A stretch of 63,535 nt of DNA, filler included, from Phoronis australis (lineage: Eukaryota > Animalia > Phoronida): assembly GCA_002633005.1 (NCBI GenBank). It is 9 parts of 9 records of this genome, joined end to end, with 100 filler letters (N's around TTAATTAATTAA, not from the genome) between each part and the next. Parts side by side here need not be neighbours in the genome. Positions count along the whole stretch, not along the records: positions 51,664 to 58,895 come from NMRA01001353.1; positions 58,996 to 62,041 come from NMRA01003259.1; positions 62,142 to 63,535 come from NMRA01000590.1; 6 more parts are not named here. One strand, written 5' to 3'. The notes beneath the pieces are model-generated. The model worked only from the letters and a program-made list of their open reading frames with translations. It did no database searches and was not told the DNA's origin. The translations under genes were made by a program, and so were the position numbers. Positions within the stretch are counted from its first letter, which is position 1; each line of letters begins with the position of its first letter. This document shows positions 52,338 to 63,535 of the stretch, in pieces.

Positions 52338-53180
52338 TGCCTACTTGCTATCTCGCCACCTTCTCTACCCAAATAACCTGTTAAATACCTTCTTGACGAG
52401 AGATCATGCCAGCTTGCTATTCGGCCCCTTCATTACCGGACTCACCTGTTGAATACCTTCCTGACAAAAGATCATGCCAGCTTCAGTAGCTATCTGGCAC
52501 CTTTCCTTACACAGGGCTTGGAATGACCCATGACAAAAAAGCGGAAATTTTTACGGCCCTAAACATGCGCGCACGCAGCTTTAAAAATGGGGAGGGGCTC
52601 GAATTTTTCTCGATGTGTATCGGGAGGACTATAAAAAAAAACAAAAAAAAAAAAACAAAAAAGGTACCACCTTTTTAGCTTGTCTGTCCACTCCCACCTC
52701 CACACATTTTGGCTGCTGACTCATAGTATTAGTCACTGCAATTTACAATCTCACGAGACGCCATTGAAGAAGACCACGCTGTCCCAGGTGCCCCGGCAAT
52801 GATGACAATTTACGTTCCTCGGAAACATAAAGAGCAACTTCTGCTTTTCGAGGAGGAAGTCGTCGAAAACGCCGCGGTAAGAAAGAAATTTTCCGAGGAA
52901 ATTTTATATCAAATCCGATTTTTTTTACGTGGAAATATAATAAAATACGCGGACAGAACATTTGAAAAAGTGGAAATCCGCGTTCCCGCGGAAAATTCCA
53001 AGTCTTGCTTACACCACTCACCTGTTCAATACCTTCTTGACCAGATATAATGCCAGCTTGCTTTCTCGCCACCTTTTCTTCCCGACTTGCCTGTTTAATA
53101 TCTTCTTCTCAAGAGATTATGCCAGCTTGCTATCTGGCCACTTTCTCTACCCCAACTCACCTGCTGAATACCTTCTTCTC
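52338..53180 (-). repeat. About 69-bp tandem repeat (5 units) that includes the 3' end and donor site of a UVSSA exon; interrupted by a DNA transposon
   Basis: Unit GCCAGCTTGCTATCT...ACCTG.T.AATACCTTCTT; donor-like positions near 53161 (real), 53091, 53022, 52446 and 52378. Confidence 0.85.
52512..53007. mobile_element. Non-autonomous DNA transposon with 13-bp imperfect TIR and 6-bp TSD (CTTACA)
   Basis: CAGGGCTTGGAAT ... ATTCCAAGTCTTG, with CTTACA at 52506-52511 and 53008-53013; contains a fragment of the CATG-MITE family at about 52564. Confidence 0.75.
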
Positions 53181-56100
53181 CAGTCGGTGTCTTGATGTGT
53201 TGGTCTTCTCCCTCAGGTCAGTCAGGTTGGGGTGCTTCCTCTGTTTCCCCTTACCTTTACCCTTGCCCTTCTTGCCGAGGGTGAGGTCATGACCTGTCTC
53301 AGCCTGAACATCGCGGAGGAACTCTGGGTCTTGCCAATCTATGAAGAGTATACACATCTGATTCTACCTGACAAATACTTATGGAGAAAATTGCCTCAGG
53401 GAATGCATAGAACATTTTATTGGTTTTAAAGTGAACATACCACATTTTTCAATGATGAATAGTACCAGGCTTTATGTTCACATTTATTGACTCGAAGGAA
53501 CGTAAACTTAAGTGCACCAGACCACCATTACCAAAGAAAAAAAGTTGAAATGGCACTTCACAGATGGGACCAACAATGTTGTCAGTGTATTTACATCATA
53601 CTGAATGAAACGATTCATTCATGCTGCATTCTTTCATTGTCAAACTACTCCAATAAGGGAATGGCTTTAAACCATTTGAAAGCATTACAAAATGTGTCCA
53701 GTGGTCGCCTGCAAGTAACATTCCCAAAAAAGGAACTCAGCTGTGTTCCTTAACTTTTCACCACATTTATGTACTTGCGTGCAAATACTTCGTTACTAAT
53801 TCAATTTTAGTTTTGATATACCCCAAGAGTTAACTTCACATTCTATTCTTAATATTATCGAAATAAGGGATCTTTTAATACAACAACCCTAACTTGAAGA
53901 CTATAAAAAAATAATTACAAGTGGTCCGATACACATTGTACCAGATGTGCGCAGGCCGCACATGTGGGCACTGATCACCTGGAACCATTTTTATGCTGTA
54001 TTAATATATAGTTAAAACCAATCTGAGGAGCTAGACAGCTGATTCAAGGGTTTAGCAATGTGATCCAGTGGGACTTAACTCATGACCTTAAGTTAAGGAA
54101 GAGGACACCTATCACACTAGGCCAAACTGCCTCCTCTTAGGGACTAGGGTCCCTGCTTATTTTCGTCAAAATAAGAGATCAGTTTTCAAATAATATTATT
54201 AGAGAATGTCATAAAGCAGCAAAGAGGAGCTCACAATAACAATGAAATGATAGACAAACATAACACATGTGAGCAAACAAAGACACAAATGCACAGAAGA
54301 CTTGATGAACTTAGCATAGCTCCTGTCAGTTACCCACCTTGTAATTGCTTCTTCTCTTTTTCCAACACTTCCTCCAAGTCTTTCTGTGAAGTGGGCATAC
54401 CCTTCTCATCTCTAGGAATGATCTTGCCATGGAAAGGACACTAAAAGTAACAGTTATTAATAATAATAAACAATCATGATTTTAACTACTAAAGTTTACA
54501 TTAAAGAGTCAGTCAGTAAACGCCATTTTATCAAGTGTAACCCTGGCAAGCAATCAATCCATTAACTGTGACATCTGAAATCACTGTGTGACAACAGGTT
54601 AACTAACCGCTGCCACGTTGTGTTTTTATCATTAAATTGAGAGACATGACATCAACTAGCCATTCACACAACTTAACAACTATTGAAACCTTCACAAAAT
54701 CATTTTTAATGAAAATCAAAAAAATTAATTTGATTATTGTTTTATACAGCAAAAGGTGCAAAAAATATGACAGACTGGCAACAAGCCGTACTATGGCAAC
54801 TGATGTTGATAGGCACCTAAATGAGGGAAATTACATTTAAATATTGGATATTACAATTAAATATGGGATATTACATTTAAATATGGGATATTACATTTAC
54901 TTGTTGGGCACCACATACATACAAACATCAACTGGGAGATAATACAGAAAATATCAGATAATGATTATTCTCAGTTATTTCAGCAAACCATCAGTCCCCA
55001 CATTCTCTGTCAGAGACAGTAACATACCTTCACGCGATCCATTCTCTGACACAGAGTGCCATTGGACAGTGGCGCTCGACACTTCCACTTGACTGGTTCA
55101 AATGTACCACTGAACTCTATAGCACGAGCATGAAGCATATCAATAGTACCCTGAAAAATGAATACTTGTTGTAGAACGCATGAAGCAACATGAAAGCTTC
55201 CCATAGAACAATCCTACAACATGAACGCTTCCCATAGAACAACCCTGCAACATGAACGCTTCCCACAGAACAAACCTGCAACATGAACGCTTCCCATAGA
55301 GCAACCCTGCAACATGAACGCACCCAAGACTCAACGTAAGTTTCCACCAAATGAAAATATGCCTTCTGAGCTATTTCAATTAGTTGTCAGTATACCCAAT
55401 AAGTCTTAGTACTGTATATGCCATGTTCTTGTTGGACTTGTAGTGAACAAACGTATCTACAAAAAAAACCTTATACATTAATTAGATAGCAAGGCTGACA
55501 TGGTTTCCAACAACATATAAATTGTTGCAATTTTGCTGACTTAAAAGCAAATAGTGGTTACTGCACAAAAATTGACTTAGTATTAAGTTCGCTAGTTTTA
55601 ACTCTGGCCAGACGTCAGTTGCGGTAAAGTTTCCTCAATTTAAAATACAATATGGCGGAACACTGGAACGTTACATCAAGATTACGTATTAATGAAATCA
55701 ACAAATTGTCATAAAGCAGACCACTGTACAGTTCACATATTTTTTTACCTTTGCACTGATCTCCTTTGATTCTGTTGGCTGCCAAAATCTATGTAGTGAC
55801 TCAAACCTGGTAACAGAGATTACATGAAATTAACTGAAACATGGGCAATTATTTCACATTCAAAGCACGTAATTATGACAATAGGAAAATTCAACAAATG
55901 ATGTGCAATATTTCATGTGAAAAGTGCTTCTTTAAATTAAATTGTTTTTGATCAACATCAACTATGAAGAATTCTCTAAGAATTTATCCACATTAGCAGC
56001 TACAATATTATCAACAGACAATACAAGAAAGTTAATACTGTTTCTGTGAGTAGCAAGTCCAAAAACCAAGAATCATGAAAAGAGTAAACTCCAGAAACAA

Positions 56101-58401
56101 AACAAACCTCATCAAGCAACAATTCGCTTCAATGGGAATGTTTTAAAAACTTGTTTCATTCAAAGCACAATGAGTGTTGTCCATAATCACCATGGTCCAC
56201 CACTCACTTGACAACGCTCGGTAGCTCCACCTTCTGGCCCCAGTTCAACAGGTCAACACCAAACTCCACGACAGGTGCCCTCTTTAAAAGGTCATCTCGT
56301 CGACTCGTTGCAGCTCCTGATGTAGAGGGTACACTGTCGTCTTTGTCCATGCTTTCTTCTGACCTGAAGATAACAAAGCAACTCATAAAGGAATATCTTT
56401 TACTAGACATCCCAATCAACAAAAAACAGTCCACACGTATACACTCAATATAAGATACAAGCTTCCTGTCATTTTGATACAGTACTTGGTACACAAAGAG
56501 AACAACAGACAGTAGATCCATCACATGTACTATGTTAATTCCTCTCATTTTACCTGATGATGTATTGCTATTAGGTTCTTGTAGATGTCGCTCATATTGC
56601 ATTGCGTTACGTGATTTGTTCGGTATTTTTTTTCAAGTTTCATCCAATGATGTCAGGCAGCTGCCATGTGAACGGGAAGTACATGAAGTTTAACATGATA
56701 ACTTGTACATTTGCACCGCTCAGTAAATCAGAACTACTGCAGAGTTTTTCATAATTAAGTTATTTGATAAATGCTGCTTACATAAGAGATGGACTGTATA
56801 CAATGTACCTTTGTAGCTCACTGTCTTGTTGTTTTCGATAAACCCACTTTAATACTTAAATACCGTTGCTTTAGAGCAGTTACATACGGCCTTCAGTTAA
56901 CTGTTTTGTACAGAACCATGGGCTTTCACTTCATATATGCCATAAAGCTACCTTGTGTATATTAGCCAAGTGTGAAGAGCAAAATGTCACAACTGGACAG
57001 GTCTCGTTTTTTGCCTGAATAATTGCTTCCAGCAGCAAATTATAATAAAGACACTACCTGGCTTTGTCATGACTCTGTAGTATCTTCCTCAATTTATTCA
57101 TGTTTGAAGCAAAAGTTGTGGGATCCATGGTATCATCTTCAACTTTCTTTGACGAACTTGTCCCAGCATCATTTGGTCCTGTATTAGACAAATTCATGGT
57201 CAGAGTAGTTATCATATAGGTTCATCAAATAATTCATCGACCACTCGTGCAAGAGATCATTTTACATGCTGTTCGCTTTTAGATTGTTTGAAAGTTCATC
57301 TTACAAGAAAAATCATTACAACTTCTGAGATGTGAGCCTAAACAAAAAAAGCAACAACATAATACCAGACTTTTAACCTACCATAAAAACGTCACTGAAA
57401 AACGAAAAACAAGCTTGTAGTTAATTGAAATCATCAAGCTGTATGACAACCCAATAACTGCAGCTATACAATAAACTAATTGCGGGCATTTCACCACTAT
57501 GATGGTAAACTTACTTAGATCAAGCTTGAGGTATTCTGGGATATCTTCCTCATACCCTTCCTTCTCAGGGACATCTTCAAATCCGTCCTCTTCCTCACCT
57601 CCATCATCTAGAACATTGCATAGTATAGTGGCTGGGTGATTGAAGAATGGGAAACATGTGACAATGCTTTTGCTTATCTCATGGGAAAGGTGTCTGGTCC
57701 GTCTGAATGTTGACTGTCCTACGAGGGAAATGCATCCTACCTATTCCACTGTGAACTTTTCAAAGACAAATCTTTCTGCAGTTACGTATTCGATCGCCTT
57801 GAAATTAATTGAAACCCAGACTGGAAGTAGAAGAGGGAATTGCCTCGTCCAATGAAGGTCCGTGTGATTTTAATATATTTTCAGATAGGAATGAGGTCAA
57901 AATCTGACCCCACAACAGAGGCAATGATAGTCCTCTGTAACTTAGAGATAACAGATCCCACATCAATTCCCTAGCATCAACACAGTTTAGATAACAGTGT
58001 CAAAAAGACATATAGACATGGTAATGTGGCAAAAGTGACCAAGCAAATAATCCATTTAGTTTGGAACGCAATTTAGTTTAAGATATGTCCAACTCATTTC
58101 ATAACATATATCACTTAACCTGCAAAGAGACACAGCATGATAACTGGTTGGAACCACTTGTGTATAAAACATCATTCAAGTATTATGGAGAATGGATGTC
58201 AGATCGTATTCTTTGCTCGTTAAGATATCTTGTTCTCTACTGTACACAACCATACCTACCCTCCAAGTCAGTGTTCGTAGGTTCCCTTTGCTTCCAATTA
58301 ATTTTCATGTCATCATATTTCAGTCTGGCAGATTCAAGGGATCGCTTAATGTCTATACACTGCATCACCTTGTCTTGGGACCCACAGTCCTTTGAAAGGA
58401 T
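53161..58401 (-). CDS. UVSSA: UV-stimulated scaffold protein A, C-terminal half (partial gene; last exon unresolved)
   Basis: Exons 58401-58260, 57607-57515, 57178-57058, 56363-56208, 55806-55749, 55150-55028, 54440-54338 and 53338-53161 are GT-AG bounded with consistent phases. Motifs: [71 protein letters not shown] (UVSSA-type zinc finger), [20 protein letters not shown]...NTSR.RLEKKVF. Confidence 0.93.
53922..54134 (-). mobile_element. tRNA-derived SINE in a UVSSA intron
   Basis: Minus strand reads GGAGGCAGTTTGGCCTAGTGTGATAG (A-box-like) ... GAGTTAAGTCCC (B-box-like); the body matches 22673-22850. Confidence 0.6.
54830..54899. repeat. 20-bp tandem repeat ATTACATTTAAATATGGGAT, about 3.5 copies
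   Basis: Direct reading. Confidence 0.85.
55185..55322. repeat. 30-bp tandem repeat (GCAACATGAACGCTTCCCATAGAACAACCCT-like), about 4.5 copies, next to a UVSSA acceptor
   Basis: CAACATGAA(C/A)GC recurs about every 30-32 nt. Confidence 0.88.
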
Positions 58402-58642
58402 CTACAACAGAATTGTTACTTATTTCGTTAGCCATTCCCAATTTAGCAGTGACAATGAAATATGCCTTGTTGCAACACAAGAAAACAAATAACAAGCGCC
58501 TTAAATTAGTGAAAAAATGTCATATTTACAACACTGTATACTATACACAGTGTCCAGATGTTTCATTTCACTAAACTCAAAACACTGTCAGTGGGAAACC
58601 ACACACCTCAAAGGTGAACACAGCAGTATGATAAAACTCTAG

Positions 58643-58887
58643 AATGACAGACACAAAATGAAAAGAGGACGAAAATTGGTGGGAATCAGGGCCAGAATTG
58701 TAACTTGATGGAAGTACTAGCTGTTACTCAAAGAGAGGAAGGCTTTAGAACCAAAGATGTGTAGGCTTGGGTGGTACAGCCTTCCTTTCTTTGAATAACA
58801 ATTGTACTTCCACTAGGTTACAACTCCGGCCCTGACTCGTGCTGATTTTATGTTTCCTGTCCCCACGTTCATTTTGAGTCTGTCATT
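58643..58887. mobile_element. Foldback element (long imperfect inverted repeat, about 245 bp)
   Basis: Arm pairs AATGACAGACACAAAATGAA / TTCATTTTGAGTCTGTCATT, TCAGGGCCAGAATTGTAAC / GTTACAACTCCGGCCCTGA and TGGAAGTAC...AGGAAGGCT / AGCCTTCCT...GTACTTCCA around a ~30-nt loop. Confidence 0.75.
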
Positions 58888-58995
58888 TCAGTGTTNNNNN
58901 NNNNNNNNNNNNNNNNNNNNNNNNNNNNNNNNNNNNNNNTTAATTAATTAANNNNNNNNNNNNNNNNNNNNNNNNNNNNNNNNNNNNNNNNNNNN

Positions 58996-60030
58996 CAACT
59001 TTGTATAAAACGTGAATCTCCTCTTGAAGGCACCAATCTGTTTGCTCCAACCGATTTTAATATGGAATGTGTGGAGTTTAACGCCAACGATGTTGATGGC
59101 GTTGTGACTGACTCTGGTGTCAGACAGAGTGGTGCTGATAGTAGCGGGCTTGGTGGCGACGGAGAATGTCACGATTACACTGTTGGTTTGGTCGAAGCCA
59201 AATGTGGAAAATCGAAAGCAGCTGCAGATGGTGGTGTTGATGGTGCTATTGGGTTTGGAGGCAGTAGCGTCGATGAAAATGGTGTTGGTGCTAATGGTGG
59301 ACATAAAAACACAATTTTGAGCAGAGGGGAGTGTCACTCACTGGAAAGACATCAAGAGAGCGAGGAGAACTCTCATAGTCACCATAGCAACCCTCAGGAG
59401 CAGTCGAATGAGAAGACATACAAGTGTAGACACTGTCTTAAATTGTTCACGACAAGAAGTCGGCTGTCGCGGCATGTGATGAGGCATGGTGAGAAGTCGC
59501 ACGAGTGCAGCGTCTGCGGCAAAAAGTTCTGGCATTTGGGTCTGCTGAGACAACACACCAGGGTGCACACAGGTGAGAAGCCCTTTATGTGCACATTCTG
59601 TCCAAAGAGATTTGGCGAGAAAACTAACCTCACGGTGCACTTGCGCACGCACACGGGCGAGAAGCCATACGCGTGCTCCGTGTGTCCGTACAGGACGACG
59701 CAGAGCGGGACGTTGAAGAGGCACGTAATGACCACGCACAACCCTGACTGGGACCCGTCTAGCGTGCCGAGAACGCACTTGTGTGGTTTCTGTGGGAAGA
59801 CATTCCACAAGCCACGTGACCTCAGGAATCATACACGCATTCATACGGAAGAGAAACCATTCACGTGCTCAGTGTGTAACAGGAGTTTCAGGCTGAACGA
59901 GACTCTGAAGCGTCATAGCATGACGCACACTGGAGTGAGGCCTCACATGTGCGCGGAATGCGGGAAAACATTCACCCAGCGAGGCAACCTACGAGTTCAC
60001 ATGAAAGTTCACGGGAAACACCTGGATTGA
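58996..60030 (+). CDS. C2H2 zinc-finger protein, terminal exon with 7 fingers (5' end cut by the contig edge)
   Basis: The frame is open from the contig edge at 58996 (QLCIKRESP...) through ATG 59062 to TGA 60030. Seven C-x2-C-x12-H-x3/4-H fingers in a 4+3 arrangement with TGEKP-type linkers. Confidence 0.92.
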   Translation, partial: QLCIKRESPLEGTNLFAPTDFNMECVEFNANDVDGVVTDSGVRQSGADSSGLGGDGECHDYTVGLVEAKCGKSKAAADGGVDGAIGFGGSSVDENGVGANGGHKNTILSRGECHSLERHQESEENSHSHHSNPQEQSNEKTYKCRHCLKLFTTRSRLSRHVMRHGEKSHECSVCGKKFWHLGLLRQHTRVHTGEKPFMCTFCPKRFGEKTNLTVHLRTHTGEKPYACSVCPYRTTQSGTLKRHVMTTHNPDWDPSSVPRTHLCGFCGKTFHKPRDLRNHTRIHTEEKPFTCSVCNRSFRLNETLKRHSMTHTGVRPHMCAECGKTFTQRGNLRVHMKVHGKHLD

Positions 60031-63000
60031 GCTCGTGGAGTTACCGATCATCTTTAATGAATTTCATTAAATATTAACTGTCATGTCATGAAAATATATG
60101 TTTACAAATCCTGGATGATCACAGAACTTAATTACTATACATGTACAAAAATATTACCAACACATTAATGATTGGCTGTTAACTGTCTTTTTTATTAATT
60201 CAAGATTTTCCATAGACTAGCTGGGATCTCAAGCATGAATTTTTAGCAAGAAACACAACAACAATACCTGTTTATACCATGCATACATGTAACTATGTAC
60301 ATTTATATCCATGCGCTACAAATGAGCTTCTCAGGGATTTTTCGTCCTGAATATTTGACTGCCCATAATCAAAATTCGTCTCTTGATGGACCATTGAAGT
60401 TTCTAGTCACTGCTAACATAAATGTGTCCCTTCCCATCGTCTATCCAGATTTTCCTGCTTTTATAGTACATGTAGATGTTTAAAGCTCCAGCTTACTTCA
60501 CGTGTAAGATTTCAAAGTGTTTGGACGTTTTACCGTGTATACATGTAATTTACATTTCACTTGCATTTTGAATATTTTAGGCCAGAGATATTCTCTACAT
60601 CTGCTTATTGGCTACAGGCCTTGGATATGTCCCGACTGCCATTTAACGACGTCTGCTCAAATTTTACTTGTCTTGGACAGAAATGTCAAATGAGTTCAGG
60701 GTATATTAGTTATCATACTCATTGGAAAATCATTAATGAAAACATTTTATTTACGACTGTAAACGGCGTGCTCACATCCATTGAATGTCAATTGCAGAAG
60801 AAAAAGAACATTCTACTGATGGAATTCACTTTATTTCGATAACCCAACGTCTGTCATCGTGGTTAGTGTGCCCTTAGTACATTCATCAAGATCACGTGAC
60901 TGGAATTACCAATTACCGCCGGCCAATTTGAGTGAACTCAAAATTTTAAAAGCTATCCGTGGGCGAGGTTTTTTGGGGTTTGTGCCGAGCAAAAGGCAAT
61001 TTAGTGGTGCCTCGAATGTTGAACCTCAATTTTGGTACGTACTTTTTGGTCTTTGGCAGACCCTTTCTGGAGTGAATTTTGCTGTCATGCCGGTTCATTT
61101 GGCATTATTATTCAGTTCAAATTTACGTTTGGAAATCTTTGTTTTTTACTCTTGCCGTAGTGTCGACTAATTAACAGCACGGCCGGGCCATAAACATCTT
61201 GGTTTGTAGCAAATAAAATTGACTATATATTTGCAAACCAGCGGATCACGTCGGTCAATATTACTCGAACGCAAAACTCCCTCTTACGAAAAAAAGTACT
61301 ACGTGTGCTTATTAAACGCTGTGGAAGATCCTGGAGAACAATTTTTTTGTGTTAAAAAGTGTTGCTGGTGAATTGTTTTGTGCCTGCATAGACCGTGCTG
61401 TTTGTGTTAATTTAAATAGATGAATTTCTCTCTAGCTACGATGGCGCTGTCATCTGTGGCACGTTTAACGTTTCGTTTACACATCACAAGAACAATAACG
61501 CTGCCTATTGTCGAACTTATCTCTATGACAATACAATCGCTTTAGGGCCGGCCTCCATCGCCTTTCCCGGCCAACCGGCAAGTACAAATGGTGATTACTG
61601 ATTGAGATAACAACAGTCACCTACCACACGACGTGAACTTTTAATACGGAGTGATATGTTTGTAACAAGGGATCACTAATGGTTTTCGGCGATAACCGAT
61701 CGCGGCCAATTCGGGGCAAGTTCTTGAAGTAATAGTTCGCCGGGTTAGAGGCGATGATAAAGACATCATGTTGAAGACAATAGGTTTATATTTGAAAGAT
61801 TTGGAGCCAAGAGGACTATTTCATTCAGCAATATATAACTACGCTATATAGTTATATGATACTAAAACAGGTCTGAGAACCAAACTAATTAATGCGGCCA
61901 TTCAAAATTAAACTCGTCGTTGATTGAACGGCGCTCAGCGAATTATTTGATGTACATGTGCTATTCACGACCATTGGCCCAAAGTACAGTTCTCTAACAC
62001 GTGCGCGCACACAGGAAGGCTCGAACGAGCACCCCCCCCCCNNNNNNNNNNNNNNNNNNNNNNNNNNNNNNNNNNNNNNNNNNNNTTAATTAATTAANNN
62101 NNNNNNNNNNNNNNNNNNNNNNNNNNNNNNNNNNNNNNNNNCAATCAGAGAGCCAGATTGTATTGTTGTGCTTAGTTACTTCAATATGGCTGCTCCCACG
62201 GAGTGTGATGCCTGTATAATTCAAGGTTTATCAAACAGCACAAAATTGTGATGTCAGAGCGTAAAGAAGCTTAGGAAAGCTTCCTGACGAAAGCTGATTG
62301 ACTGTGGAACTCTGTAGATCAGTAGATCAAAAAGAAGAAGAGGTGTCACAAACGTTTGTGCAGAAAACATCTGCATGTCCTGGTAGCCTACACAGTATAC
62401 TGGCTGCTGAGTGCTGTAGACTAGAAGACCAAGTGTCAGACCAAACAATTGAAAGGACATAGAACGGCATAGCAACGTTTCAAGGCACCAACAGTAGCAC
62501 TAAAGCTGAAGTTGCTGAAAGTGATACAGATGTTATCCAAGATTTCCCAAGAAAATCAATTACTTCCAAAATCTGAAAGACCCAATTAATCTGAACAAGA
62601 TAGGAACTTTCTGAAACATGAGTGCATCATTTGTTAGCAGGAAAAGTACATTAGGGGCCACATTTCCAGAAAGAGAAAGAAGTATAGCTTTCAAAAACAG
62701 GAACGTGTTTTTTAAAATACATCTTGGTGTTTTCCATGTGTGTTTCAGTATTATCACCAGTTGTTTTTTAACTTGTTCAGCCCCCTTGGCTGCCTAGGCC
62801 TTAGACAATACTGCTGACCCAGTAGAGACGATGACCATACCATAGGTACTTCATATGCCGGATACTTTTCAGCAAATTATGTTCCTATAAGTTTAGAAGT
62901 ACCGCGTAGAGGGATGCCTCTGAGGAGGTCGTTAATGTTTTCATTTGTTCCCAGTTTAAACAAATACTCCTGCAATCCTGTTTTTCGAACACCCCATTCA

Positions 63001-63535
63001 GTTGCCTCGTCGACACTGCTTGCGCTAAGGGATAATCCTATGGCGTTATACTGTGTGTGTGAATTTAAAGCACTTTAAGTCAAAAATTTTTGAGAAGGTT
63101 AAATGGAGTAGATGGTTGCAAATAACATGCCCAAGTGGCCGTCATCCCCTGCTGTAGTCTCAATTTTTTGTAAACATAGGTAAACTTAGGTAGCTGCAAT
63201 GATAATTAAATTAAAGTGCCTAAGTGGCCATCGTCGCCGTCGAAATTTGAGGACGATGGAAGCCACTGTCCATTTCATCAAACGTCGATTACCTTAAGTG
63301 TAAATCGATTGACTATGGTTTGAGCATCTGATTTAGAAAAATTAAATTTCAATCACTGCACTGGTATATCAGCTGATTTATTTTCAGTTGCATCAACTGA
63401 TCTAATTATTAGACGATCAACATTATTAGGCTACAGATCAGACGGCATGTAAATTTGTTAGGCTGGTGGTGGATCAGTTCCTGATAAGTCCGTCTGAAAA
63501 AGTTGCATGCCAACTCACTCATAGTTGAATGTTAA

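Noticed and set aside
59338-59844. Antisense ORFs over the zinc-finger exon
   Set aside because: Shadow frames of the C2H2 coding sequence.
63478-63502. Hammerhead-ribozyme-like CTGATAAG...GAAA
   Set aside because: The core deviates from CUGANGA and the flanking stems do not form; other CTGATGA hits I checked also lacked stem II.

Overview
Intron-rich, repeat-rich animal (invertebrate-like) genomic DNA. It is not one continuous locus: eight identical 100-bp artificial spacers (N44-TTAATTAATTAA-N44) join nine separate contigs, so adjacency across spacers means nothing. Host genes reconstructed by hand from GT-AG exons with consistent phases are a complete 8-coding-exon tubulin-tyrosine ligase (TTL, minus strand, 371 aa), partial CENP-I, partial AP-3 delta (AP3D1), partial UVSSA and the terminal exon of a 7-finger C2H2 zinc-finger gene. 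The rest is mostly transposable-element relics: a Gmr1-type Gypsy element (integrase before RT), other Gypsy pieces, Tx1/L1, CR1-group and RNase H-bearing LINEs, a Penelope GIY-YIG, Helentron/DINE-1-like elements, tRNA-SINEs and several MITE families. The most unusual object is a miniature non-coding LTR retroelement (19841-20254) whose LTR contains a tRNA-type Pol III promoter. Next are tandem duplications that copy real exon boundaries and splice sites in UVSSA and AP3D1, and an exon of an unidentified gene that a Helentron-like insertion splits cleanly. All identifications come from motif recognition and recalled sequences; no database search was run.
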